Shown one piece after another: positions 37,728-47,244 of a stretch of DNA of 64,000 nucleotides; position 1 is the first letter of the stretch, and every line of letters starts with the position of its first letter. Under the pieces are notes generated by a model that saw only the letters and a list, made by a program, of their open reading frames with translations, had not been told where the DNA came from and did not search any database. The translations under genes were made by a program, and so were the position numbers. Source of the DNA: a virus (taxonomy: Duplodnaviria; Heunggongvirae; Uroviricota; Caudoviricetes); the IMG/VR virus record IMGVR_UViG_3300031760_000008, positions 12,337-76,336 of that record. One strand, 5' to 3'.

Positions 37728-38118
37728 GTTTTCCTCCTTTTATAACTTTAAACTTAGGTTTAGTTTTAACAGGAATTATATTTATATCAAAATGACTATA
37801 TACAAGATCTTTTAATTTCTCATTTAATTCATTAGAAATCTTTATAGTATATGTTATAGATATTTCTAATTCATAATTAGGAACTGTTATATCTAATAGC
37901 CAAAAATTATCACAATTTGTAGATTTTAAATGCTCAACTCTATCTTGATTTATATCCACAACTAAATAATCTAAATAATTATCAGGAATATCTTCTACAA
38001 TCTTTACAGGCCCTTGTTTAGTATTATAACCTGATTTAATTATAAAATATTTCATATAAGGGAAAGTAGCTTGTATCCATTTATCTACATCATGTATATC
38101 TTGAACATCAGTTTCCAT
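37720..38118 (-). CDS. hypothetical protein
   Basis: 132 aa ORF. Confidence 0.4.
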   Translation of the reverse strand: METDVQDIHDVDKWIQATFPYMKYFIIKSGYNTKQGPVKIVEDIPDNYLDYLVVDINQDRVEHLKSTNCDNFWLLDITVPNYELEISITYTIKISNELNEKLKDLVYSHFDINIIPVKTKPKFKVIKGGKHE

Positions 38119-38124
38119 TATTTA

Positions 38125-38340
38125 TCACTCCCTATTTAAATATATTACAAATGGCCATATTAAGCTAAAGAATAAAAACCATTTTATTTTTCTCCATCCA
38201 TGTAATTCTGTTTTTACTCCAGTATCTCTCATTGTTAAAGTCATATTATAAGGTCTTACTAAAAAATTAATAAATGTTACAAGAGCTAGTGAAAAATAAA
38301 TCATAAGAAATATTTCTATAATTAACCATAATGTTATCAT
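38125..38340 (-). CDS. small membrane protein
   Basis: 71 aa, two hydrophobic helices. Confidence 0.35.
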   Translation of the reverse strand: MITLWLIIEIFLMIYFSLALVTFINFLVRPYNMTLTMRDTGVKTELHGWRKIKWFLFFSLIWPFVIYLNRE

Positions 38341-38915
38341 TGTTTCATCTCCTTAAATTCTTCATATCTTTGCTGATCCTGTTTTAATTTATCTTCCATT
38401 TCTTTCATTAATTCTTCTCTAGTACCTATAACAAAATAATCATCTGGTTGTTGCTCATAATATTCTAAAGCTTTAATATCTTCATCTAATATTTGACCTA
38501 AATGCTCTTTAGTTTCAAATATTGCCTCTAAAGGATGTCTATATCCATATCTTACATTACAGAAATTGGTTCCTATCCACATAGTAGTCTTCCATGGAAA
38601 ATTATTTTCTGATATATCACACTGTTTTGCTATTTCGCTTAATCTTCTATCTGGACCGTAATCACAATCAAGAATAATAGATTTCATTCCATTATTTATT
38701 AGACATTTATCAAACTCAATATCTAAATATTCTTTTAATCTTTTTTTAAACATCTCTGATTTTTCCTGAGATATAGGTTGCTGTAACATTTTACCTAAGA
38801 TGATAGCCATTGCTCCATCTCTACCATCATCTCCTGCATCTAATTTAGCATCTTTTATAGTATCAGCCCACCAAGATGATGCTATTTCAATAATCTGTTC
38901 TTTATATCTATCCAT
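38337..38915 (-). CDS. hypothetical protein (192 aa)
   Basis: ORF, 4-nt overlap with downstream gene. Confidence 0.4.
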   Translation of the reverse strand: MDRYKEQIIEIASSWWADTIKDAKLDAGDDGRDGAMAIILGKMLQQPISQEKSEMFKKRLKEYLDIEFDKCLINNGMKSIILDCDYGPDRRLSEIAKQCDISENNFPWKTTMWIGTNFCNVRYGYRHPLEAIFETKEHLGQILDEDIKALEYYEQQPDDYFVIGTREELMKEMEDKLKQDQQRYEEFKEMKQ

Positions 38916-38926
38916 AATGATTCTCC

Positions 38927-39178
38927 TTACATTATATTAGGTACATGTTTTTCAATAGCTTCTTCTATATCAAAATGTTGAGATTCTCCAGTAGTACTTG
39001 AAGTTGACCATCTTATTTCTTGAACTTCAGGAACTATTACCCAACCTTTTCCCTGACATCCATGACAGGTTTTTTCAATATAAGTAGCATTAGTATAGTT
39101 CATATTATATGTTTCTTTATATTTTCCTGTACCAGCACATACAGGGCATATTTCAGCATGATTTTGAACCTGTAGCAT
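38927..39178 (-). CDS. DnaJ-type CxxCxGxG zinc-finger mini-protein
   Basis: 'CPVCAGTGK' and 'CHGCQGKGW' repeats. Confidence 0.45.
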   Translation of the reverse strand: MLQVQNHAEICPVCAGTGKYKETYNMNYTNATYIEKTCHGCQGKGWVIVPEVQEIRWSTSSTTGESQHFDIEEAIEKHVPNIM

Positions 39179-39180
39179 AA

Positions 39181-39528
39181 TTACCTCCTATCACAATTAC
39201 AATATTCTACTATAACCCTTTCTAGTTCTTCTCTAAATTCTTCATATTTATCCGAAGGAACTTCTTTTATAGCATATACATTAAAGTGTAAACAAACAGT
39301 TTTTCTAAGTGCTTGACATATAGCTTCATACTGAGAGTATCCATTATGAGCAAACGTAACTTTAGATTTAGATAATAATTGATCTTTATATTTAGTTAAA
39401 ATATCTCTTACTTCTAATTTTTCTGATTTAGGTTTTAAATAATATTGTTGTTTTAATTCTTCTAAAACTTCTTGTCTTATTTTTTCTTTTTCTCTTTCTC
39501 TATCTCTTTTTAATTGCTCTGGATCCAA
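39181..39528 (-). CDS. hypothetical protein
   Basis: 115 aa ORF. Confidence 0.4.
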   Translation of the reverse strand: MDPEQLKRDREREKEKIRQEVLEELKQQYYLKPKSEKLEVRDILTKYKDQLLSKSKVTFAHNGYSQYEAICQALRKTVCLHFNVYAIKEVPSDKYEEFREELERVIVEYCNCDRR

Positions 39529-39529
39529 A

Positions 39530-39730
39530 TTATTCTACCTCCTTAGATTCTTGTTTGATAAATCCTAATTTATTATTGAAAACTTCTACCTCTTGATCTA
39601 TAATACTAGATGGTATGACTAGTTTTTCATTAAGACCGGTAACAATATTTAAATAAGTTTGTTCACGACGAGCTTTGTTAGCAGATTTCTCAATAGGAAT
39701 CTTAACTATTATTTCATCATATTCTTCCAT
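39530..39730 (-). CDS. hypothetical small protein
   Basis: 66 aa ORF. Confidence 0.35.
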   Translation of the reverse strand: MEEYDEIIVKIPIEKSANKARREQTYLNIVTGLNEKLVIPSSIIDQEVEVFNNKLGFIKQESKEVE

Positions 39731-39789
39731 TATTATATACCTCCTATTTTTAATAACAACATTATATCATAAAAATAAGGTTTATTCAA

Positions 39790-39822
39790 ATAAAAAAGAC
39801 TGAGCATTATTCCTCAGTCTAT
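39790..39822 (-). terminator. intrinsic terminator
   Basis: AGACTGAG-CATTATTC-CTCAGTCT, minus strand followed by TTTTTATTTG. Confidence 0.55.
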
Positions 39823-39830
39823 TGTTTTAT

Positions 39831-40082
39831 TTAGATTAGAGTTAATTTTAAAGCATTAATTACATCTTTATATATAGTAAATTCAAAGTCTTGTTCATTA
39901 ACAGTTAATTTATAATGATTAGCCCAGGTATTACTAAAAGTAATTTCTTTATGATACTTATTTTTATACTGTTCACATAAATCTAATACTTGTTGAATCT
40001 GTCCTTTACTTCTATCATAAGGTTCTCTTATTTCATGTTCAGCTAATTCTTTTGCTGTTGCATCTTGTATATTCATAATCAT
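39831..40082 (-). CDS. hypothetical protein
   Basis: 83 aa ORF followed by terminator hairpin. Confidence 0.4.
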   Translation of the reverse strand: MIMNIQDATAKELAEHEIREPYDRSKGQIQQVLDLCEQYKNKYHKEITFSNTWANHYKLTVNEQDFEFTIYKDVINALKLTLI

Positions 40083-40086
40083 CCTC

Positions 40087-40830
40087 CTATTTTACTATTT
40101 TAAATTCATTTTCATCCCATACTAAATATGATCTATCTCCAAATTCTGATCCATCTTTATAGGTAGAATGTGTATCTATAAAATAAATACCATTTTCTTC
40201 TATAATAGTTTTAACAGGAGTATGACCAACTATTTGATAAGGTATTAAAGGCTCTTGTAAACTAAAATATGCATGTTCTCTTCTATCACACCATAAACAA
40301 GAACTATTTTCATGTCTTCCTCCTCTTATATAAGAACAATGAGTAAAAGGTTCTAAATTATTCAATTTATCTTGATTCATATCTACTATTTTATAATATA
40401 AATCATAATCATGATATTCATCATAACCTTCTAATAATTCTTGTATAAAAGCATTAGTAAATCCTGCATGTGAGCATATATAAATTTTATCATCACAATT
40501 AACAGAAGTTACTAAATCAAATAGGTCTATATTTTCTTTTAATTGACTTGTTAATACATCTTCAAGTTCATACTGATGACCTGAGCATTTATAACCTAAA
40601 TAACTAAATTCATGATTTCCTAACAAGAAAGTATATTTTCCAGGTCTGCTTCTCTTTAAGTCAAATACTTTATTTAATGTTTCTAAGGATTCATGATTTG
40701 TAGTATTCCAATCATCTACATAATCTCCCATAAATATGATTCTATTAAAATCATATTCTTTATCTAATCTAGTAATATCATCAAACATATATTGATGATT
40801 ATGTACATCACCTACAAATAAATATTTCAT
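40087..40830 (-). CDS. calcineurin-like metallophosphoesterase (Ser/Thr phosphatase / lambda-PPase-like)
   Basis: 'FVGDVHNH', 'IFMGDYVDDW', 'LLGNHEF' metallophosphatase motifs. Confidence 0.7.
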   Translation of the reverse strand: MKYLFVGDVHNHQYMFDDITRLDKEYDFNRIIFMGDYVDDWNTTNHESLETLNKVFDLKRSRPGKYTFLLGNHEFSYLGYKCSGHQYELEDVLTSQLKENIDLFDLVTSVNCDDKIYICSHAGFTNAFIQELLEGYDEYHDYDLYYKIVDMNQDKLNNLEPFTHCSYIRGGRHENSSCLWCDRREHAYFSLQEPLIPYQIVGHTPVKTIIEENGIYFIDTHSTYKDGSEFGDRSYLVWDENEFKIVK

Positions 40831-40861
40831 TATAAATCCTTTCTATATTATGTTCAAAGCA

Positions 40862-41428
40862 TTAGTAATTTAAAGGGTCCCAATAATAAGGTAAATATAA
40901 AGTTTCTCCATAAGTTCTATTTAATACTTTCTCTAGTTGCTGTTTATATTCTTTCAAAGTACAATAATTACTAATATCTTCATATTCATAAACACTACCA
41001 TCTTGAGTATCTACAATCAAAAAAGTATCTCCATAATCACTTACTGAATATGGATCAGCTCGTTTACCTAATAAATAAGGTGGAAGTTTAATACTCATTT
41101 TATAATATAAATCTTGATTATTTTCCTCTTTCCATCCGGAATTAGTTTTATAATAGAATTTATCATTCTCGTATTTATAACTACTTTGTTTAGTAAAATA
41201 TTCTTTTTGTATAAAACTTTGAAATAAACCATTTATACTATTATCTTGATACTGAGATTTAACATTTTGAGCATCTAATTTTTCAGCTTCCTCTTGAGCG
41301 GTTTTTAAGTCATTGTATTGTTTATCTAATTCTGTACCATCTTTAAGAATAATTTTATAAATTAATTTATTTTCTAATTTATTATCTTCTTGTAAAACCT
41401 TGATAGTAGCATCTTGTAAATCTGACAT
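40862..41428 (-). CDS. hypothetical protein (188 aa)
   Basis: ORF downstream of capsid-gene terminators. Confidence 0.4.
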   Translation of the reverse strand: MSDLQDATIKVLQEDNKLENKLIYKIILKDGTELDKQYNDLKTAQEEAEKLDAQNVKSQYQDNSINGLFQSFIQKEYFTKQSSYKYENDKFYYKTNSGWKEENNQDLYYKMSIKLPPYLLGKRADPYSVSDYGDTFLIVDTQDGSVYEYEDISNYCTLKEYKQQLEKVLNRTYGETLYLPYYWDPLNY

Positions 41429-41485
41429 AATATTAATCTCCTATTTTTATATCTAATATTATTTTACTTATTTATTATATATGAA

Positions 41486-41511
41486 AAAAGAGTATTTCTC
41501 AATACTCTTTG
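41486..41511 (-). terminator. second of two tandem terminators after major capsid gene
   Basis: AAAGAGTATT-TCTC-AATACTCTTT, T-run. Confidence 0.55.
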
Positions 41512-41532
41512 CTGATACGTTATATAAAAAGA

Positions 41533-41560
41533 AAAGAGAGTATTTCTCAATACTCTCTTA
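41533..41560 (-). terminator. first of two tandem terminators after major capsid gene
   Basis: AAGAGAGTATT-TCTC-AATACTCTCTT then TTTTTATATA on minus strand. Confidence 0.6.
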
Positions 41561-41590
41561 ATAATGATAGAATTTATATTTAATCTAAGA

Positions 41591-42979
41591 TTAAACAGTA
41601 ACTCTTCCTCTGATATAAAGTTGAGGATTAACCATTTTCTTACCATAGATTGATACCCAACCTTGTTGTGTTGTGTAATCAGCAAGTGTAACTGGAGCTG
41701 TGTATGTAACTGGCATGTAATCACCAACTACATATCCTGCTTGCCAGAAGTCATTTCCGATTGCACCCATGAAGAAGTCATTAGCTCCTAATGCAGGTGT
41801 TTGATATACTTTAAGATCTCCTAAAGTACCAGCTAAGAAAGATCCACCATTCTTTGGTTGTTCATTTCCTTTGAAGTTTACACATTTTTGCATATAAGCT
41901 ACTACGTTAGCACCAGCTACAATGTAGTTAACATTTAGGTTTCCACCTGTTCTTGTATATACACTAGCTCTTGCTAAGTTGATAGCGATTTGTAATGATT
42001 CAGCATGTTCTGCATCTGATACACCTGGTCTTGGTGTTGCTGACCAAACAACTGCGTTTCCACCAGCTGCTCCAGCAAAGATATCAGCCATTACTATTCT
42101 TTCTTTCTCTTTGTTAATTTCATTAGCAACTTGTTTTTCGAATTCAAGTGGCATATTTACACCATATTCTTTATTGATTCTGTAAGCTGCTGTTAAAGCA
42201 TATACTGCTCTAATTTTGTGTTCTTCAGCTTCAATTAGAACTGGGTTAATACCAATTGTAACATCTCCAACTTGTTGTGTGTTATGTCCATCTAATTCTG
42301 GATATAGATAGTTAGGAACGATTGCATTGTTATATGTATAAGAAATTTTATCTCCATCAACAAATGCACTAGCAGGTACGATTTCACCTGTTTGATAGTT
42401 AATTGTACCACCATCTGATAAAGCTCCTGCTCCATCATCTGTAACAACTGTTCCATTAGCTAATACTATTTTAACTGTTCCAGCATCAATTGGTGTAAAT
42501 GGTGCTAGATAGTTAGCAGCAGCTGCTAAAGGTTGATTTGATACAACTTTGCTATCATATTCAGGATCTGTTTTACCCATTCCTGTTGCATCTAATGCAA
42601 GATCTCCAGCTTTTGTAGCTCCTTTATCTGTTCCATATCTGAATTCTAGAATTGGAAGTAATTGAGCTGCTGTTGACATAGGTTGTACTGATACTAATTC
42701 AGGTAATATTGTATTTTGGATTGCTAAACTAACAATGTTGAAAGCATCTCTTTTGAAGTTTCCAACGTTTGTTGTTTGTGTGTAAGCTTCATATAAGCTT
42801 CCTTTTTGAATATTTTCAAATAATTGTCCTGCATAATATTTTTCAAATGTGCTCATTGGTTTTGCACCAACAGCTTGTCTTGCAGATTCTAAAAGACCAA
42901 TTCTTTTAGCATATTTTGTAGCAACTGGGTTGCTAGCTATTTCTCTGTTTAAAGATTCTTTAGTCATAACTTTAGCCAT
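41591..42979 (-). CDS. major capsid protein (HK97-fold class)
   Basis: Start chosen at MAKVMTKESL with RBS aaaggagg 8 nt upstream (track ORF extends to 43069); GC-richer codon usage than surroundings; followed by two intrinsic terminators; position after protease/scaffold gene. Confidence 0.7.
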   Translation of the reverse strand: MAKVMTKESLNREIASNPVATKYAKRIGLLESARQAVGAKPMSTFEKYYAGQLFENIQKGSLYEAYTQTTNVGNFKRDAFNIVSLAIQNTILPELVSVQPMSTAAQLLPILEFRYGTDKGATKAGDLALDATGMGKTDPEYDSKVVSNQPLAAAANYLAPFTPIDAGTVKIVLANGTVVTDDGAGALSDGGTINYQTGEIVPASAFVDGDKISYTYNNAIVPNYLYPELDGHNTQQVGDVTIGINPVLIEAEEHKIRAVYALTAAYRINKEYGVNMPLEFEKQVANEINKEKERIVMADIFAGAAGGNAVVWSATPRPGVSDAEHAESLQIAINLARASVYTRTGGNLNVNYIVAGANVVAYMQKCVNFKGNEQPKNGGSFLAGTLGDLKVYQTPALGANDFFMGAIGNDFWQAGYVVGDYMPVTYTAPVTLADYTTQQGWVSIYGKKMVNPQLYIRGRVTV

Positions 42980-43151
42980 GATAATTTTCCTCCTTTTAAA
43001 TTTGTAATTTATATTTAAATTACAGCTAATATTCTTATTTAATAATTTTTTGGTTTTTATACTGACCACCAGTTGTTTCTAATATCTTTAAAAACTATAT
43101 ATTCATTAATCTCATTAAATATCTTTTAAATGATTTTAATTCCTAATCTAA

Positions 43152-43162
43152 TAATATTTTAC
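43152..43162 (-). promoter_or_regulatory. conserved promoter-like motif copy (second variant copy at 43197-43213)
   Basis: 173 nt upstream of chosen capsid ATG 42979. Confidence 0.35.
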
Positions 43163-43231
43163 GTTCACTTTTTTAAAAATTGAACTTTTTAATTTTCTAA
43201 TATTATTTTACAGACATAATTTCAAAATTTA

Positions 43232-44698
43232 TTATTTTCCTATTAAAGCATTATATAGATTTCTTTCATCTTCAGATAATTCCTCTCTATTACCGAAATT
43301 CTCTGTCAATGCTTTAACTGTTCCTATAGGATTAAATGCAAGTTTAGAAAATCTATCCTCTGCTTCTTCATATTTAGCATTATTTTCTTTTAAAGCTTTT
43401 ATTTCAGCTTCTAATTCTTTTATTTTATTTGATTCTATTAATTTACTTTCAGTTAATTTTTTAGCTGATGCAGCTTTATCAGCTTCTAATGATTCTACTT
43501 TCTTTTTAAGTGTTTCATTTTCAGCAAGTATCTTACTTGAGTTTTCTATATTTTTAGATAATACTTTATTTGCTTCTAATAATCTTGTAAATTTTAATTC
43601 AGCTGCTTTAACTGATTCTTTTAATTGAGCTATTTCTTCATCATGTTCTTTTTGAAGTCTTTCTATTTTCTTCTCATTAACTTCTTTTAATTTATTTATA
43701 GTTTCTTCATGAGCCTCTACATCTACTGCATTAGCTTCATTTAATTGTTTAGCTTCTTCTAATTCTTTCTTCAAAGATTCTACTTCTTTAGTTTCAGTAC
43801 ATTTAGCTTCTTTTAATTTTGATTTTAACATTTCTTTTGAATCTTTATAGTAAGTATTTTCTTCAACAAGTTTAGAATTTTCTTCAGCTAATTTAGAATT
43901 AGCCTCCAATGATTCATCAAGTTGAGCTTTTGCTTCTTCATATTTTTCTGTTATTAATTTTAAAGCAATAGCTTTATTTGATTCTAATAATTTATTCTCT
44001 GTCTTAGAAGCATCTAGTTGAGCTAATTTATTTTCAACTTCTTTAACTAAATTTTCTTTATCAGAAACTGCAACACTTTCTAAAACTGTTTTAGCTTGTT
44101 GTAATTGATTTTCTGTTTCACATTCATTAATTTCTTTCTTTAATGATTCAGTTAAAGTATTAAGCTGTTTACTTTCAGCAAGAGCAACTCTAGCTTTAGT
44201 ATTTGCAGGAGTAACTACAACATCAAATGTAATGAAATCATATGTATTTGGATCTATTATATTTTGACCATTTTCATATATTTCTTCTCCCATACCACGA
44301 GAGCTTACTCCTAATTTTGCTCCTGAATCTGCTAATGCTTTTACTATTCTACCTGTTGGAGTATCTAATATTTCAGCTTCTCCATATATTACTCCTTCTT
44401 CAGGTCTTTTCTCTAGTTTAACAATTGATATAGCTGCATTCTTAGCAAGTGTTTCACATCTATCACCTTCAGGGTGATCTAATTCACCAAATAATGTTTT
44501 TGTTTCCAAAGCTTCCATTACATCTTCAGATCCAAAAACTCTATTATCCCATAACTCCTCAGTATATAATCTATCAGCATTTCTAGTACCATGCTTATAA
44601 TCTGCAAATATTCCTTTTAATTTTCCTAATATTCCTTTTGAACCTTGTTCATATACTGTATTAGAGTTTTGAGCTTCTATAATAGTAGCTTTTCCCAT
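43232..44698 (-). CDS. prohead protease / scaffold fusion protein
   Basis: ~180 aa globular N-terminal domain then ~300 aa Lys/Glu coiled coil (scaffold-like); immediately upstream of major capsid gene. Confidence 0.55.
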   Translation of the reverse strand: MGKATIIEAQNSNTVYEQGSKGILGKLKGIFADYKHGTRNADRLYTEELWDNRVFGSEDVMEALETKTLFGELDHPEGDRCETLAKNAAISIVKLEKRPEEGVIYGEAEILDTPTGRIVKALADSGAKLGVSSRGMGEEIYENGQNIIDPNTYDFITFDVVVTPANTKARVALAESKQLNTLTESLKKEINECETENQLQQAKTVLESVAVSDKENLVKEVENKLAQLDASKTENKLLESNKAIALKLITEKYEEAKAQLDESLEANSKLAEENSKLVEENTYYKDSKEMLKSKLKEAKCTETKEVESLKKELEEAKQLNEANAVDVEAHEETINKLKEVNEKKIERLQKEHDEEIAQLKESVKAAELKFTRLLEANKVLSKNIENSSKILAENETLKKKVESLEADKAASAKKLTESKLIESNKIKELEAEIKALKENNAKYEEAEDRFSKLAFNPIGTVKALTENFGNREELSEDERNLYNALIGK

Positions 44699-44762
44699 AC
44701 TTAGTTCTCCTCTTTTCGTATACTAAATTTAGATAGATTTAGAGCATACTCTTATCTATCAA

Positions 44763-44773
44763 TAATATTTTAC
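44763..44773 (-). promoter_or_regulatory. conserved promoter-like motif copy
   Basis: 65 nt upstream of ATG 44698. Confidence 0.4.
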
Positions 44774-44799
44774 AGAATAGTTTTTGAAATTTTTAAACG

Positions 44800-44833
44800 A
44801 GCATAAAAATAAGAGAGTATTACTACTCTCTTA
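44800..44833 (-). terminator. intrinsic terminator after 798-aa gene
   Basis: TAAGAGAGTA-TTAC-TACTCTCTTA then TTTTTATGC on minus strand; promoter motif 44763-44773 follows. Confidence 0.55.
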
Positions 44834-44847
44834 CTAATTTTTATATA

Positions 44848-47244
44848 TTAAGTTTTATCAATTTTAGGTACTATCTTTTCATTTACATCTAATTCTAATA
44901 CTCTTTTAGCTACTCTTTCTATTTCAGCATCATCAGCTACATTTGTAACATTTATTTTTTCTACTGGTCTTCCTTTATAATATATTGTATAAAAACCTTC
45001 ATTTTCTTTAGCTGATGCCCAATGATAATCAGCATCGTCATATGGATGAATTGAACTTATACTAAATGTACTATTATGTTGAGGAGCTCTATAACTATTT
45101 ATCATATGTGTTACTGAGAAGCTTTGACCATCTACTTTAAATGTTCCATGATCATATACAGTATCATCATAATCAAAACGTCTGTATCTACCATCTTCAT
45201 CATTATGATAATCATAGTTTTTATCATGAACATCTTTTTTCCACTCTATACCTTCATTTAAATTATCGAAATCACTTTCTTTTATTTTCATGATATAAGT
45301 ATTTGGTATTAATTCCTTTTTAGATTTAACTTCTTTAGCTCCTAATTTATCAGCTATATCAGTTACATACATTTCATGATTTTTAATTTTTAATCTTATA
45401 TTTTTTAATTCATTAATAGTTAATGGTTTATCTAAATTATAATATTTTATATATGTTTCATTTGATACATATATTACCATTGCACTATTAACCAAATTCT
45501 CTCCATCTGTAACAGCAATTTCTTCTTCTACCTCTTCTGTTATAACTCCTCTTTCTTTTATTTCTTCTCTTATTGTAGCATCATCATTAGCTACATAAAC
45601 AGCATCAAGAGCTATTTCTCTTAATAATTCAAGGGGCATTCTGTAATAATTATTAGCTATATAATCATATGGTTTAGCTATAAAATTATTTAATTCTATT
45701 TTCCATTCTTTCTTTTCATCATCTGATAATCTACTTTTTAATTCTTTTATAATTAAACTATCGTTATCAGCAACATATATAGCATTTAAAGCTATTTCTT
45801 TTAAAGTAGTTCTATCTGATGTTTGATAACATTCATCATATAATCCTTCTTTTTTAATAGTTTTTGATTCATCTAATGATTCTTCATTAAAAGCTTCTTC
45901 ATAATTATCAATAAAATCATCTAAAATATTTTGCATATCTCTTTTTACAGATTTAACATATGTTACAGGACCTCTTGCTTCTGCATCTCCATTATCCATT
46001 ACTCTTTGAAATCCTGAATATATATCTTCTCCTGCATAATTTATATCTTTTATATCTTCAGTAGCTTCTAATATTTCATTAGCTATATCTTCTAAATCAT
46101 CGGCTTCAACTACATTTTCTACTTTTTCTTTCCATTCTTTAGCTTGATTAATTCTTTTTTCTATATCATTTTCTCTAGCTTCACAATATAATCCTTTTTC
46201 TATAGAATCTTTTTTAGCAGCTTCTATATCAGCATCAGTTGCTTCAGTTAATCCTGATTGTACTCCTTCATATCCTAATCCATAAGATCCTATTTTATTT
46301 CCATTAATATCTAATATAGAACTATCTAACATTCCTGATTTAACTTTATCAGCTACTTTATATAATATATCAGATATTGAATTTTCTAAGTCATAACCAA
46401 TTCCAAAAGTATCTTCATTAGAACAATCAAATTTTAATTCAAATATACAAGCTCCTTCTTCTATAGCTTCTTGCTTTTTACTCATCATTTCTTTTAGAGT
46501 GCTTTTTATAATTGATGATTCTGTAACTTTACCTTTTTCATTTAAATCTTTGCAAGCTGCATTCATTATATATTTAGAACCTTTTTGAACAAATTTCTTC
46601 TCTTTAGTATCATATACTCCAAATTTTGCTCCAGGTCCTTCAAATTCTCTTACTTGATATCTATCAGATGTATCTTTACTTTCTTTTAAAACAAAACTAT
46701 CTCCTAATTTCTTACCACCTTTATCTATCCAATATGCTTCAAAACTTCCATCATCATTTCTAATTACTTTATAATATGAATGACCCATGTCTGTAGTTAC
46801 ATCTAATATCATATCTTCTATTGCTTCATAATTTTTTGTAACATCACCTAATACTTTATTATTTTTGATTAATATATCTAACTCATCCTCATCTATATAA
46901 TCAGTAACTTTAGACTCTTTTTTAACTTCTTTAGCTTCTTCTATTTTTTCAGCTTTATCATCTTCATCTGGAATGTAATCTTCTGAAGCCATAAATAATT
47001 CTTTAGCTGTATCTTCCCATAATTTTTCATCTTCTATTGTTCCATAATCTTCTAAACATTTATCATCAATTTGTCCTTTATACAATACTTTAAATTCTTC
47101 AAAAGTATTTTTATCATCTTTTTCTATTTTAGTATCTACTGGTTCAGTACTAACTTCTAGAACTTCTTTTTCATCAGGTAATTCTACAACTTTACCTTCA
47201 GCTTTCTTTTTAAGTTCTTTTTGTTCTTTAAATGATTTAAACAT
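44848..47244 (-). CDS. large acidic head-module protein with internal repeats (candidate internal/ejected protein)
   Basis: 798 aa; repeats 'TLKEIALNAIYVADNDSLIIKELKSR' / 'LLREIALDAVYVANDDATIREEIKER'; terminator hairpin downstream. Confidence 0.5.
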   Translation of the reverse strand: MFKSFKEQKELKKKAEGKVVELPDEKEVLEVSTEPVDTKIEKDDKNTFEEFKVLYKGQIDDKCLEDYGTIEDEKLWEDTAKELFMASEDYIPDEDDKAEKIEEAKEVKKESKVTDYIDEDELDILIKNNKVLGDVTKNYEAIEDMILDVTTDMGHSYYKVIRNDDGSFEAYWIDKGGKKLGDSFVLKESKDTSDRYQVREFEGPGAKFGVYDTKEKKFVQKGSKYIMNAACKDLNEKGKVTESSIIKSTLKEMMSKKQEAIEEGACIFELKFDCSNEDTFGIGYDLENSISDILYKVADKVKSGMLDSSILDINGNKIGSYGLGYEGVQSGLTEATDADIEAAKKDSIEKGLYCEARENDIEKRINQAKEWKEKVENVVEADDLEDIANEILEATEDIKDINYAGEDIYSGFQRVMDNGDAEARGPVTYVKSVKRDMQNILDDFIDNYEEAFNEESLDESKTIKKEGLYDECYQTSDRTTLKEIALNAIYVADNDSLIIKELKSRLSDDEKKEWKIELNNFIAKPYDYIANNYYRMPLELLREIALDAVYVANDDATIREEIKERGVITEEVEEEIAVTDGENLVNSAMVIYVSNETYIKYYNLDKPLTINELKNIRLKIKNHEMYVTDIADKLGAKEVKSKKELIPNTYIMKIKESDFDNLNEGIEWKKDVHDKNYDYHNDEDGRYRRFDYDDTVYDHGTFKVDGQSFSVTHMINSYRAPQHNSTFSISSIHPYDDADYHWASAKENEGFYTIYYKGRPVEKINVTNVADDAEIERVAKRVLELDVNEKIVPKIDKT

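Noticed and set aside
41464-41727. 87-aa minus-strand ORF overlapping the 3' end of the capsid gene and both terminator hairpins
   Set aside because: Overlaps a strongly supported gene and terminators; translation is low-complexity; no start context.
42980-43069. N-terminal 30-aa extension of the capsid ORF (MVSIKTKKLLNK...)
   Set aside because: Internal Met MAKVMTKESL has a canonical RBS and the extension is Lys-rich read-through of the leader; the shorter start is preferred.
44848-47244. Considered as portal protein because of size and position before the protease/scaffold gene
   Set aside because: Extremely acidic, internally repetitive and lacking any portal-like character; kept as internal-protein candidate.
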